A DNA stretch of 64,000 nt from Prevotella sp. (GCA_017548275.1 JAFZAH010000040.1:264320-328319); one strand, 5' to 3'. Positions 19,549-29,608 are shown, numbered from the stretch's first letter. Program-made: numbers and translations. The notes: generated from the sequence alone by a model not told the origin.

Positions 19549-19673
19549 TTTTGGGTTTTTAGGTCTTAAAAGTTAATATATCAGAAATCTGTTTTAAGGT
19601 TTAATCGGCGCAATCGGTGCATTCTAAACGATTAGAATAATACCAATATACGTATCATGAAATTATTCGCTTG

Positions 19674-19710
19674 CAAAGGTAACGCAAAAAGAACATTTAC
19701 CATGATACTA
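19674..19710 (-). promoter_or_regulatory. susC promoter: -7 box plus upstream GTAT operator half-site
   Basis: TACCTTTG (19674-19681); ATAC at 19705-19708. Confidence 0.6.
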
Positions 19711-19716
19711 TTTTGC

Positions 19717-21030
19717 TCATTTTTTGTTCTTTCCGATTTCCGCCATTCTCTCGACCTCATTTTTAATGACCTTAAGTGTGGTTGTATCTGATGCGAAGAC
19801 GGAATTCAGGCCCTGCGCCTCTTGTGCGGGGTCGCCCGTATAGTCATCGCCAACCATCCACTGTTCGTGTTTAGGCTGCGCAAAACCACCCCATCCCCAG
19901 AAGTTGCATCCGGCGAAATATCCACCACTTTCAGCATTGTCGCCAACGAGAGAGAACACATATTTATAATAACCATCGCGGCCTTCTGTCGGAGTATTAA
20001 GATCGAAGACGAAACCATCACGAGGATACCCGAATTCCTCCATGACAAGCGGTTTTTTAAGTCTTGCACATATTTCGAGATGCTTGTCAATGTAATCTTT
20101 GGTGTTTTTGCAACTGACGTCAAGGTCCTCAATAAGATGGTCTTTTCTTGCCCATGACCAGTTGTACGGCCAGAGGTGTACGTTGCAGTAATCGATATTT
20201 TTGTCTGCACATATATACTCATAGACGGCAAAGTCATTTTCACAGCCCCATGCACCCTCACTGCCGATGGAGATAAGATGATTAGGGTCGAGGCTTCGAA
20301 TAAGCGAAGAAGCCTCTGCAAGCCATTTCTCGAAGTCGGGGAGTGCCTCTTTGCTGAAAGCACGTGGTTCGTTGCCGATTTGCCATGACATGATGGCCGG
20401 GTCATCGATATAGGGTTTGTTGGTAAATCGGTTTGTGCGCGAAATAATGAACCGCACATAATCATAGAAAAGTTCGTGCGCTTTTTGACATCCCGCATAT
20501 TTCGCCACGAAATTCATGTAAGCAGGATAGCCATCCTCGTTGGGGCGCGGCGCCTTTCCCTCGCCAGCATGTTCGAGATAAAATCCATATCCCCCACTCC
20601 ACTCCCACGCATTGTTGAGATAGAGCACAGCCACCATATCACGTTTCCCCATCTCCATGAGGAGATAATCCAACCCAGCGAGGATGGTGTCGTTGTACAC
20701 CCCTGGTGCCTCCTGAAGTGTGGGTTCCACTTTTGTGGTGACACCCCTCTGACCGTCAGAACCGACGAGAATGCGAAGGTTGTCGATGCCCATCTCCTTC
20801 ATATAATCGAGTTCGAGGCAGAGCCGTTTTCGGTCACCGCCTTGTCCTTCAGATGCCAGAATAGCACCATACCAGAAGTTGGCACCGACATAGTAGTAGG
20901 GTTTTCCGTTTTTCACGAAATGTCCGTCTTTCACTTGTACGAACTGTCCGATTTCTTCGTTTCCGCCACTTCCAGCACATCCGATAACCATAGGCAGGAA
21001 AAGCGCCATCATCAATAGTATTTTCTTCAT
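19717..21030 (-). CDS. GH5 beta-mannanase (GH5_7-like), lipoprotein
   Basis: GANFWYG, WQIGNEPR acid/base, VMEEFG nucleophile. Confidence 0.9.
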   Translation of the reverse strand: MKKILLMMALFLPMVIGCAGSGGNEEIGQFVQVKDGHFVKNGKPYYYVGANFWYGAILASEGQGGDRKRLCLELDYMKEMGIDNLRILVGSDGQRGVTTKVEPTLQEAPGVYNDTILAGLDYLLMEMGKRDMVAVLYLNNAWEWSGGYGFYLEHAGEGKAPRPNEDGYPAYMNFVAKYAGCQKAHELFYDYVRFIISRTNRFTNKPYIDDPAIMSWQIGNEPRAFSKEALPDFEKWLAEASSLIRSLDPNHLISIGSEGAWGCENDFAVYEYICADKNIDYCNVHLWPYNWSWARKDHLIEDLDVSCKNTKDYIDKHLEICARLKKPLVMEEFGYPRDGFVFDLNTPTEGRDGYYKYVFSLVGDNAESGGYFAGCNFWGWGGFAQPKHEQWMVGDDYTGDPAQEAQGLNSVFASDTTTLKVIKNEVERMAEIGKNKK

Positions 21031-21056
21031 AAGTAGCATGTTAATATTATAAGGTG

Positions 21057-21116
21057 CAAAATAAGCATAAAATAACGGAAACTATGCATACTTTGTTATC
21101 CAATTACAATACTTTT
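21057..21116 (-). promoter_or_regulatory. GH5 promoter with two GTAT half-sites 21 bp apart
   Basis: TTATTTTG near-consensus box; ATAC at 21088 and 21109. Confidence 0.55.
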
Positions 21117-21194
21117 GAATAAAAAAGGTATGCGAGGCAGGTTGGATTAAATTGAATCGCAAAAAGAGAATCTACTCCGTACATGAGGAAACAC

Positions 21195-21229
21195 AAAAAG
21201 AGGAATGCCTATTGTGGGGCACCCCTCTT
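21195..21229 (-). terminator. Intrinsic terminator
   Basis: AAGAGGGGTGCC...GGCATTCCTCTT followed by T run on the minus strand. Confidence 0.75.
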
Positions 21230-21251
21230 CTCTATCTTAAAACTATTGAGA

Positions 21252-22454
21252 TTATTTCTGGATGAATTTGCGGCCGTTCTGGATAACCACACCCTTGTAA
21301 CTGTCGCTGACGCGCTGTCCGGCGAGGTTGTAACGTGCCGTAGAAACGGGTTTCACGTTGATAATCTTAGTGATGCCGGAGGTTCTGGTTACCAAGAGTT
21401 GCATGTCATCGAAATAGAAGGTGTTCTCATCTCCTAAAGCGAGGTTGAATGCGATGGTATAAGTTCCGGCCTGAGCAATTTCCCAACCACCAGTGGTAGC
21501 GACGGGTATCTCTTTAGACTCATACGTGCTCCATTGTGTGGTAAAGGGAACATCGCCAGCGGCATACCAATGAATGTATCCACCCGGAGCCGTATGGCAC
21601 TGTGTGCCGACGGTTGCTTCCTTATCAGCCTTAACCTTCATCTTCAGTTGGAGTTTATCGCCATCTTTGAGCGCATTCTCTTCACCGAAAGTGATAAAGA
21701 ACTGAGAGTCCCAGTTAGCATAAGCGCCTTTGTCATCCAAAGTAGGATTGCCAGCAGCCTCTGCCTGTGCCTGACTGCGCACATAGACCTGTACTGCTCC
21801 ATCCACTATGCGCGCAGGACCTTCATTGCGGGCATCGCTATTCAGCCACTCGTAAGCAACGAAGCATGAAGTGTCATCAGAAGAGCAATCACCATTGATG
21901 ATGACGTCACCAGTAGAAGCCTGAGGTCCCTCAGCGAGAGCAGCCTGATACTCTTCTTCAGTGGCGAGATAAGCATCGAGAAGAACAACCTCACCAGCGG
22001 GGTTGCCGCCTTCTGTGCCTACGTCTGCACGCCACTCACCATTTTGGATGTAAATCTGAATCAGTTTGTCATAATTTTCATCCAATTTTAGTGTCATCAG
22101 TTTTGAAGATTGAGTGAAACTGGCTTCAGCCGAAGATACCTGATTCAATTCGTTTTTCTCATTTAATGTGCCATCAGTATATTGGACACAAAGTTTCGGG
22201 TTGATGGTAGCAGAGGCAACTTTCACAACGATGTACTCCACACCCTCGTCTATGTAGTTGAGAGGAACGTTATCTGGAGCCATCCACCATCCGCGGCCAC
22301 CCCATGCTTCCTCATCGAAAGAGATGGTTTTAGTTGCCGGATCGTAGGTAGAGCCCCAACCACTGGCCATGTCATCCAGACTGAGTTGATACTTTGCACT
22401 CATTGTTCCGACACAAGCGAAAGCAACGAATAAAAGAGTAAAAAATTTCTTCAT
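21252..22454 (-). CDS. T9SS-secreted protein with carbohydrate-binding-like domains
   Basis: Signal peptide; beta-sandwich-like segments ending YFDDMQL; C-terminal YNLAGQRV...KGVVIQNGRK sorting signal. Confidence 0.75.
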   Translation of the reverse strand: MKKFFTLLFVAFACVGTMSAKYQLSLDDMASGWGSTYDPATKTISFDEEAWGGRGWWMAPDNVPLNYIDEGVEYIVVKVASATINPKLCVQYTDGTLNEKNELNQVSSAEASFTQSSKLMTLKLDENYDKLIQIYIQNGEWRADVGTEGGNPAGEVVLLDAYLATEEEYQAALAEGPQASTGDVIINGDCSSDDTSCFVAYEWLNSDARNEGPARIVDGAVQVYVRSQAQAEAAGNPTLDDKGAYANWDSQFFITFGEENALKDGDKLQLKMKVKADKEATVGTQCHTAPGGYIHWYAAGDVPFTTQWSTYESKEIPVATTGGWEIAQAGTYTIAFNLALGDENTFYFDDMQLLVTRTSGITKIINVKPVSTARYNLAGQRVSDSYKGVVIQNGRKFIQK

Positions 22455-22501
22455 AAGTAACAATTTTAAGTCATTAAATTAAGATTATAATAAAACTGCT
22501 G

Positions 22502-22562
22502 CAAAGTTAGTATTATTTTACATAATAACATAATACAAATTTGACAAATCGTGATACTTTTT
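22502..22562 (-). promoter_or_regulatory. Promoter with two GTAT half-sites 21 bp apart
   Basis: TAACTTTG (22502-22509); ATAC at 22533 and 22554. Confidence 0.6.
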
Positions 22563-22673
22563 TAATTTTTTAAATATGTTGATACGAAATATTACGCAAT
22601 AAGCGTTACCTTTGTAGCGTTATTTCATCCAGAAAGAGGTATGGAGCGAAATCATTCATTATTCAATCAAAAC

Positions 22674-23579
22674 ATGAGAAAAATCATCAGCATAGTCATC
22701 ATGTGGCTGACAACCGTGACGAGCATCAGTGCCCAGGAACTTCAGGCAAAGGTGACCATCAACCACCAGCAGATACAAGGAACTGATGCCAGCGTTTTTG
22801 AGGCATTGAAGCAGTCGTTGGAGCAATTTATCAATGACCGCCAATGGACCAATTTGCAATTTCAGCAGAATGAGCGCATCGTTTGTAATTTCAACATCAC
22901 AGTGACGAAATACGACGCATCGAGCAATGTCATCACGGCCAACGCATTGATTCAAGCCAACCGTCCGGTGTATAACTCCGCCTATACATCTACGCTTTAT
23001 AACAACAGGGACAATGATTTCACATTTGAATTCTCACAATTTGACCAATTGGAATTCAATGAGGATATGATTGACAATCAACTGACTGCGTTGATAGCCT
23101 ACTATGCCTATTTGATTATCGGTTTGGATTTGGACTCATTCTCCCCGATGGGCGGCGAAGACGTTTTGCAACGCTGCATGAATCTGGTCAACAATGCCCA
23201 AAATCTGAATTACCCAGGTTGGTCGGCTTTTGACAATGACCGCAACCGCTTCGCCATAATTAACGACTATCTTGACGGTGGCATGTCGCCCTTCCGTCAA
23301 TTACAATACGATTATTACCGCAAAGGACTTGACGAGATGGCCAACAACGCTGACCGTGGCCGTACGGAAATAACCTCCGCCCTGAAGGACGGTCTTATGC
23401 AAAGCCATGAGAACAAGCCTTTGAGCCGATGGCCCCAAATATGGACAGACTATAAGAAAGATGAGTTAGCCAACATTTACAAGGGCAAAGGCACACAAAA
23501 AGAAAAAGAGACCGTATATGACATTCTTTTCAGCATCAATGCTTCGCAAAACAATTCTTGGGAGAAGATTAGAGAATGA
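22674..23579 (+). CDS. DUF4835 family protein (T9SS-associated PorD-like)
   Basis: AQELQAKVTIN, RPVYNS.Y, GLDLDSF motifs; usual position upstream of recN. Confidence 0.8.
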   Translation: MRKIISIVIMWLTTVTSISAQELQAKVTINHQQIQGTDASVFEALKQSLEQFINDRQWTNLQFQQNERIVCNFNITVTKYDASSNVITANALIQANRPVYNSAYTSTLYNNRDNDFTFEFSQFDQLEFNEDMIDNQLTALIAYYAYLIIGLDLDSFSPMGGEDVLQRCMNLVNNAQNLNYPGWSAFDNDRNRFAIINDYLDGGMSPFRQLQYDYYRKGLDEMANNADRGRTEITSALKDGLMQSHENKPLSRWPQIWTDYKKDELANIYKGKGTQKEKETVYDILFSINASQNNSWEKIRE

Positions 23580-23608
23580 CGAATGTGGAATGAGGAATGA
23601 AGAATTGT
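23574..23608. repeat. Degenerate heptamer repeat (GAATGNN)
   Basis: GAATGAC GAATGTG GAATGAG GAATGAA GAATTGT, overlapping the stop codon. Confidence 0.75.
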
Positions 23609-23618
23609 AAATTGAATC

Positions 23619-25277
23619 ATGTTAAGACAATTATATATACGTAATTACACGCTGATTGACGAATTGGACATGATGTTCCATCCCGGCTTTTCGGTAATAA
23701 CAGGCGAGACTGGAGCAGGCAAGAGTATCATTTTAGGCGCCCTTGGATTGCTGTTGGGCCAACGTGCTGATGCTAAGAGTATCAAAAGCGGTTGTGACCG
23801 TTGCACGATAGAAGCGCATTTTGACCTATGCCGATATGACCTGCCACGTTTTTTCGAAGAGAAAGATATCGAGTACGATGCCACAGACTGCATTGTGCGA
23901 CGCGAATTGACCTCATCGGGCAAGAGCCGCTCTTTCATCAACGACACCCCCGTACAGTTGAGCACCTTACGTGAATTGGGCGACCAACTGATAGACATCC
24001 ATAGCCAGCATCAAAACCTGCTCCTTCAGAAAGAAGATTTCCAGTTGGGCGTACTTGACATTATTGGAAAAGATGAGGAAACGCTGAAGACTTATCAGTC
24101 TAGTTATTCCTCCTATCGCCAAGCCTTGAAATCTCTAGAGCAATTGCGTGCGGAGATAGAGAAAAGCCATGAAAACGAGGATTTTCTGCGTTTTCAATTT
24201 AACGAATTGACTGATGCCCATTTAAGCGCAGACGAACAACCCATATTGGAGCAGGAAAGCGAAACGATGAGCCATGCGGAAGACATCAAGAGCGGACTCT
24301 ATGAGACCGACGAATTGCTGTCTGGCGACGAGGGCATCGTGAACCGTCTGCGCACGGCCGTCCAAGCGATGGAGGACGTGGGCAAAGTCTATCCTGCCGT
24401 CCGTGAGTTGGCAGAACGTATGGAGAGTTGCCATATCGAGTTGAAAGATATCGCAGGAGATGTGAGCAGCTATTTGGACCGAATCGATTTTAACCCAGCA
24501 GAACTGGAACGAATCAATGAGCGTCTGGATTTGATATACCGTTTAGAGAAGAAGTATCATGTAGAAACGACCAGTGAACTGCTATCCGTCGCAGAAGATA
24601 TAGAACACCAACTCCAACAAATCGATAACAGTGACGATGCTTTAGCGGAACAAGAAGAAAAAGTAAAACGGTTAGAAGCCATCTGTAAAGAGCAAGCGCA
24701 AATACTGACAAAGCGGCGCGAGGCAAGTGCCAAAACGGTGGAGAAAGAAATGCAGCAACGTCTGGTACCTTTAGGTATTCCAAATATTCGGTTTGAAATC
24801 GCACTCAGTAAGAAGCCGTTTTCTTCAGACGGACAAGATCAGGTATCTTTCCTCTTCAGTGCCAATACCAGCACCCCTCTTCAACCTATCTCAAAAGTGG
24901 CCTCTGGCGGAGAAATCGCACGAGTGATGCTTTCGCTGAAAGCCATGGTGAGCGGCGCCGTGAAATTACCCACGATTATTTTTGACGAGATAGACACCGG
25001 CGTGAGCGGTAAGATAGCGGAGCAGATGGCACAAATCATGCGCGAGATGGGTGAACACGACCGACAAGTAATCAGCATCACCCACTTGCCCCAGATTGCC
25101 GCGTTGGGCACAACACATTATAAGGTTTACAAAGAGGAAGGTCCCAATGGAACCGTGAGCCATATGCAACAGTTAAGCCCTGACGAGCGTGTCGGTGAAA
25201 TCGCTCAAATGCTCAGTGGTGAATCTGTATCAGAAGCCGCCATCAACAATGCGAAAGAACTGTTGAAAAGTAAATAA
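23619..25277 (+). CDS. recN: DNA repair protein RecN
   Basis: GETGAGKS Walker A, ASGGE, IFDEIDTGVSG, ITHLPQIAA. Confidence 0.97.
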   Translation: MLRQLYIRNYTLIDELDMMFHPGFSVITGETGAGKSIILGALGLLLGQRADAKSIKSGCDRCTIEAHFDLCRYDLPRFFEEKDIEYDATDCIVRRELTSSGKSRSFINDTPVQLSTLRELGDQLIDIHSQHQNLLLQKEDFQLGVLDIIGKDEETLKTYQSSYSSYRQALKSLEQLRAEIEKSHENEDFLRFQFNELTDAHLSADEQPILEQESETMSHAEDIKSGLYETDELLSGDEGIVNRLRTAVQAMEDVGKVYPAVRELAERMESCHIELKDIAGDVSSYLDRIDFNPAELERINERLDLIYRLEKKYHVETTSELLSVAEDIEHQLQQIDNSDDALAEQEEKVKRLEAICKEQAQILTKRREASAKTVEKEMQQRLVPLGIPNIRFEIALSKKPFSSDGQDQVSFLFSANTSTPLQPISKVASGGEIARVMLSLKAMVSGAVKLPTIIFDEIDTGVSGKIAEQMAQIMREMGEHDRQVISITHLPQIAALGTTHYKVYKEEGPNGTVSHMQQLSPDERVGEIAQMLSGESVSEAAINNAKELLKSK

Positions 25278-25310
25278 TCAAGAAATTACAAAAGAGACAT
25301 ACTAACGATA

Positions 25311-26975
25311 ATGAAAAGAATAATCATCTTGACGATGTCGGTGCTGTTGGGCACCCATATTATGACAGCACAGCCTTCGGCTGTAAAGAACGCAGGCAAA
25401 TCTGTGTTCAGTCTGACAACCTTCAAGAGCGACGGGAGCCTGTTGGCCTCGTCGCATGGCGTGTTTATCAGTAATGACGGTGCTTGTGTGAGCGACTGGA
25501 CGCCTTTCGCCGGAGCGGACCATGCAGTAGTCATCGACGCATCCGGTAGAAAGATGGATGTTGTGAGCATAACCGGTGCCAACGATTTGTACGATATCGT
25601 ATTGTTTCGTGTTGATGGCAAGACCCCTGGCGCCACTCCCGCCAACGGTCAGGTGACTAAAGGCAATAAAGTGTGGTTGTTGAATTATGGTAAAGGCGGA
25701 GGCAATCCCGTTGAGATGACTGTTGATAACGTGGAGAAATTCTCGGACAAGTATTTCTATTATATTTTGGCTGGTGAGGCGCCTGAAAATGCCATCAGTT
25801 GTCCATTTGTGAACAGCAACGGCATGGTGGTTGGCATTATGCAGCAATCGGCCACGAGCAATGCCATCCATGCCACAGATGTCCGTTATGCAGCAGATTT
25901 CAAATCGACCGGTCTTAGCGTAAGCGACCCGTTGATGCGCAAGACGAGTATCCCTGTGACTTTACCCACCGACCGCGAACAGGCACTCTTGGCCCTTATG
26001 CTGAGTTCCCAGCAAGGCGACAGTATAAAATACATTCGCAACATCGAACAATTTATCAAAAAGTATCCCTCATCCACTGAAGGCTATGTGGCGCGTGCCC
26101 AGGCCGAGATGCAAGCCGAAAATTATGATGCTGTGAGCCGCATTATGGAAACTTGTCTGAAAAACGCTTCAGACAAATCTGAAGCGCATTTCGAGTACGG
26201 CCGTCTGATGTATCAGCAAGCGGCCTTCCATCCCAGCCAACCCTATGCCTCATGGGGAGTGGACAAGGCCATGGAGCATGTGACAGAAGCCAACCGTTTG
26301 AAACCATTGCCGCTATATCAACATCAAGCCGCTCAAATCATTTTTCTTAAAGGAGAATACGAGAAAGCCTACCAGCAATTCATGGCATTGACGAACACCG
26401 ACCTGCGCAACCCCGAACTATATTACGAGGCGGCACAATGCAAACAACAAATGAACGCACCACAAGAAGAGATGTTGGCTCTACTCGACAGCGCAGTAGC
26501 CAACTGCCGTGAGCCTTTGGGTCCCGAGTCTGCGCCCTATTTCATGGCCCGTGGCATGGCTTTGGAGGAGGCAGGACAATTTAGAAAAGCGGTGAACGAT
26601 TACAACCAATATGATTCATTAGCCATCGGTGTGAAAAGTGCCGAATTCTACTACAAGCGTGAACAATGTGAAGTGAAAAGTCACATGTATCAACAAGCAT
26701 TAAACGACATCGCGCGCGCCATTTATATGTCATCGGGCGACCCGAAGTTGATAGCAGAGATGGGCTCCCTGCAAATCCGTCTGAATCTGACAGAGGACGC
26801 CCTTCGCAGCACCGATGTGTTAATCCAAGAATTCCCTGAGTATGACGAGGGGTATCTGTTACGCGGTTTGGCACTCATCCAAGCGGATAAGAAAAAAGAG
26901 GGGTTGGAGGCACTGCAAAAAGCCAAAGAACTTGGTAATGAGCAGGCGGGGGAACTGATAGAAAAGTATAAGTAA
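25311..26975 (+). CDS. Secreted protein with degenerate trypsin-like domain and TPR repeats
   Basis: Signal peptide, GVFIS.DG..V N-domain, C-terminal TPR-like helices. Confidence 0.75.
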   Translation: MKRIIILTMSVLLGTHIMTAQPSAVKNAGKSVFSLTTFKSDGSLLASSHGVFISNDGACVSDWTPFAGADHAVVIDASGRKMDVVSITGANDLYDIVLFRVDGKTPGATPANGQVTKGNKVWLLNYGKGGGNPVEMTVDNVEKFSDKYFYYILAGEAPENAISCPFVNSNGMVVGIMQQSATSNAIHATDVRYAADFKSTGLSVSDPLMRKTSIPVTLPTDREQALLALMLSSQQGDSIKYIRNIEQFIKKYPSSTEGYVARAQAEMQAENYDAVSRIMETCLKNASDKSEAHFEYGRLMYQQAAFHPSQPYASWGVDKAMEHVTEANRLKPLPLYQHQAAQIIFLKGEYEKAYQQFMALTNTDLRNPELYYEAAQCKQQMNAPQEEMLALLDSAVANCREPLGPESAPYFMARGMALEEAGQFRKAVNDYNQYDSLAIGVKSAEFYYKREQCEVKSHMYQQALNDIARAIYMSSGDPKLIAEMGSLQIRLNLTEDALRSTDVLIQEFPEYDEGYLLRGLALIQADKKKEGLEALQKAKELGNEQAGELIEKYK

Positions 26976-27059
26976 ATACGAAATACGAAATTTTGTCGCG
27001 ATGGAATCGCGGCCTACGAGAAAGGTCGAAAGGAAATTTTGAATTAAAAAGATAAGAAT

Positions 27060-27812
27060 ATGAATACATTTGATGCAAAGAAAGTCAAGGATGAGGTTGT
27101 GGCCTGGATTAGAGACTGGTTTGAAGAGAACGGCCCTGGTTGTAATGCAGTGATAGGCATATCAGGCGGCAAAGACAGCAGCGTGGTAGCCGGTCTGTGT
27201 GTGGAGGCATTGGGAAAAGACCGTGTCATCGGCGTGACGATGCCCAACGGCGAACAAAAAGACATCTCAGACAGTATGATGCTCATTCATCATTTGGGAA
27301 TCCGCTTTTGCAACGTCAATATCGGTGACACCTACAACACCCTGATGAAAGCGGTTGAAGAGCAGTTGGGCACCTTAGACGTAGAAGTGTCGAGTCAAAC
27401 CATCATCAATATGCCCCCGCGTCTGCGCATGACATCGCTGTATGCCGTTTCGCAGTCGATGAACGGACGTGTGGCAAACACATGCAACCTATCAGAAGAC
27501 TGGGTCGGTTATTCCACGCGCTACGGTGATGCAGCCGGCGACTTCTCACCTCTTGGCGGGCTTACCGTCGGAGAAGTGATCGAGATAGGTTTGGAATTAG
27601 GTCTGCCTGTGGAATTGGTAAAAAAGACCCCATCCGACGGTTTATGCGGAAAGAGTGACGAAGATAATTTGGGATTCACCTACGCCGTGCTCGACCGATA
27701 TATCCGTACCGGCGAATGCGATGACCCTGACACGAAGGCACTAATAGACCACAAGCACAAAATGAATCTGTTTAAGTTAAAACCAATACCACATTTTGAG
27801 TATGAGATTTGA
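27060..27812 (+). CDS. nadE: NH3-dependent NAD+ synthetase
   Basis: GISGGKDSS, PRLRM, TCNLSE, PSDGL. Confidence 0.95.
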   Translation: MNTFDAKKVKDEVVAWIRDWFEENGPGCNAVIGISGGKDSSVVAGLCVEALGKDRVIGVTMPNGEQKDISDSMMLIHHLGIRFCNVNIGDTYNTLMKAVEEQLGTLDVEVSSQTIINMPPRLRMTSLYAVSQSMNGRVANTCNLSEDWVGYSTRYGDAAGDFSPLGGLTVGEVIEIGLELGLPVELVKKTPSDGLCGKSDEDNLGFTYAVLDRYIRTGECDDPDTKALIDHKHKMNLFKLKPIPHFEYEI

Positions 27813-27835
27813 GGTTTGAGGTTTGAGATTTGAGA
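27801..27835. repeat. Heptamer tandem repeat (TTTGAGR)
   Basis: TATGAGA TTTGAGG TTTGAGG TTTGAGA TTTGAGA spanning the nadE stop. Confidence 0.9.
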
Positions 27836-27873
27836 TTTATGATTAGTACACTATACGCTAAACTCCTAAAGAC

Positions 27874-29568
27874 ATGGCGACAGTAGATGACAAGAAAGTG
27901 ATATTCTCAATGGTCGGAGTGAGCAAGACCATCCAGCAGAATCAGAAGCAAGTGCTCAAGAACATCTATTTGAGTTTCTTTTACGGAGCGAAGATAGGCA
28001 TCATCGGTCTTAACGGTGCAGGAAAATCGACACTGATGAAAATCATTGCCGGTCTGGATCAGCAATATCAGGGGCATGTGGTTTGGAGTCCTGGCTATAC
28101 GGTAGGGTACCTGCCTCAAGACCCGCCACTGAATGAAGCCAAGACGGTTAAGGAAAACGTGATGGAGGGAGTTCAACATGTATATAACGCCTTGAAAGAA
28201 TATGATGACATCAATGTGAAATTCGGTCTGCCCGAATACTACGAAGATGCCGACAAGATGGACAAACTGATGGCCCGTCAGGCAGAGTTGCAAGATATTA
28301 TCGATTCAACCGACGCCTGGAATATGGACTCAAAGTTGGATCGTGCGATGGATGCGCTCCGTTGTCCTCCTGGCGACTGGCCTGTAGAGAATCTGTCGGG
28401 CGGTGAGCGTCGTCGTGTAGCACTCTGCCGACTGTTGCTTCAGAAGCCCGATGTGCTGCTGCTCGACGAGCCCACCAACCATCTCGACGCTGAGAGCATC
28501 GACTGGTTGGAGCAACACTTGCAACAATACGAGGGTACGGTCATCGCCGTAACCCATGACCGCTATTTCCTTGACGATGTGGCAGAATGGATACTTGAAC
28601 TGGACAGAGGCGAGGGCATACCCTGGAAGGGCAACTACTCATCGTGGTTGGAACAGAAGAGCCAGCGCCTGGCTTTGGAAGAGAAGACCGCCTCGAAACG
28701 CCGCAAGACATTGGAACGCGAGTTAGAATGGGTGCGTATGGCTCCGAAAGCCCGTCATGCCAAAGGAAAGGCCCGTCTGAACTCTTACGAGATGATGCTC
28801 AACGAAGAGCAGAAGCAGAAAGAAGAGAAACTGGAAATCTTCATCCCGAACGGTCCACGACTGGGCAATAAAGTCATCGAAGCCGAACATGTGGCAAAAG
28901 CATTTGGCGAGAAAGTATTGTTCGGTGATCTCAATTTCATGCTACCTCCTAACGGCATCGTCGGTGTTATTGGTCCAAACGGTGCGGGCAAGACCACCCT
29001 TTTCCGTTTGATTATGGGTTTTGAGCAAGCCGACGCGGGTACTTTTGCCATCGGCGAGACAGTGAAACTCAGTTACGTTGACCAACAGCATAAAGACATC
29101 GACCCTGCAAAATCTGTCTATCAAGTGGTGAGTGGTGGCAATGAGACCATCCGCATGGGCGGCAGGGATGTCAATGTGAGAGCCTATCTGTCGCGTTTCA
29201 ATTTCAGCGGTGCCGACCAAGAGAAGAAATGCGGTGTGCTGTCAGGCGGTGAGCGCAACCGTCTGCAATTGGCCATCGCCCTGAAACAAGAAGGCAATGT
29301 GCTGTTGCTTGACGAGCCTACGAATGATATCGACGTGAATACCCTGCGTGCTTTAGAGGAAGGTCTGGAGTCGTTTGCCGGATGTGCAGTAGTCATCAGC
29401 CATGACCGTTGGTTCCTCGACCGAATCTGCACACACATCCTCTCATTTGAGGGCGACGGTAATGTGTTCTTCTTTGAAGGCAGTTATACCGAGTATGAGG
29501 TGAACAAAGCCATGCGATTAGGACTGGAAGAGCCCAAACGCATCAAATACAGGAAGTTAGAACTTTAG
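27874..29568 (+). CDS. ettA: Energy-dependent translational throttle ABC-F protein
   Basis: Two ABC domains, LSFFYGAKIG, ELDRGEGIPWKGNYSSWL. Confidence 0.95.
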   Translation: MATVDDKKVIFSMVGVSKTIQQNQKQVLKNIYLSFFYGAKIGIIGLNGAGKSTLMKIIAGLDQQYQGHVVWSPGYTVGYLPQDPPLNEAKTVKENVMEGVQHVYNALKEYDDINVKFGLPEYYEDADKMDKLMARQAELQDIIDSTDAWNMDSKLDRAMDALRCPPGDWPVENLSGGERRRVALCRLLLQKPDVLLLDEPTNHLDAESIDWLEQHLQQYEGTVIAVTHDRYFLDDVAEWILELDRGEGIPWKGNYSSWLEQKSQRLALEEKTASKRRKTLERELEWVRMAPKARHAKGKARLNSYEMMLNEEQKQKEEKLEIFIPNGPRLGNKVIEAEHVAKAFGEKVLFGDLNFMLPPNGIVGVIGPNGAGKTTLFRLIMGFEQADAGTFAIGETVKLSYVDQQHKDIDPAKSVYQVVSGGNETIRMGGRDVNVRAYLSRFNFSGADQEKKCGVLSGGERNRLQLAIALKQEGNVLLLDEPTNDIDVNTLRALEEGLESFAGCAVVISHDRWFLDRICTHILSFEGDGNVFFFEGSYTEYEVNKAMRLGLEEPKRIKYRKLEL

Positions 29569-29608
29569 AAGTTTAGGAGTTCAGGAGTGCGGGAGTTCAG
29601 ACAATACT
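29560..29608. repeat. Degenerate 8-mer repeat ending in GACAATACT
   Basis: GAACTTTA GAAGTTTA GGAGTTCA GGAGTGCG GGAGTTCA GACAATACT. Confidence 0.7.
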
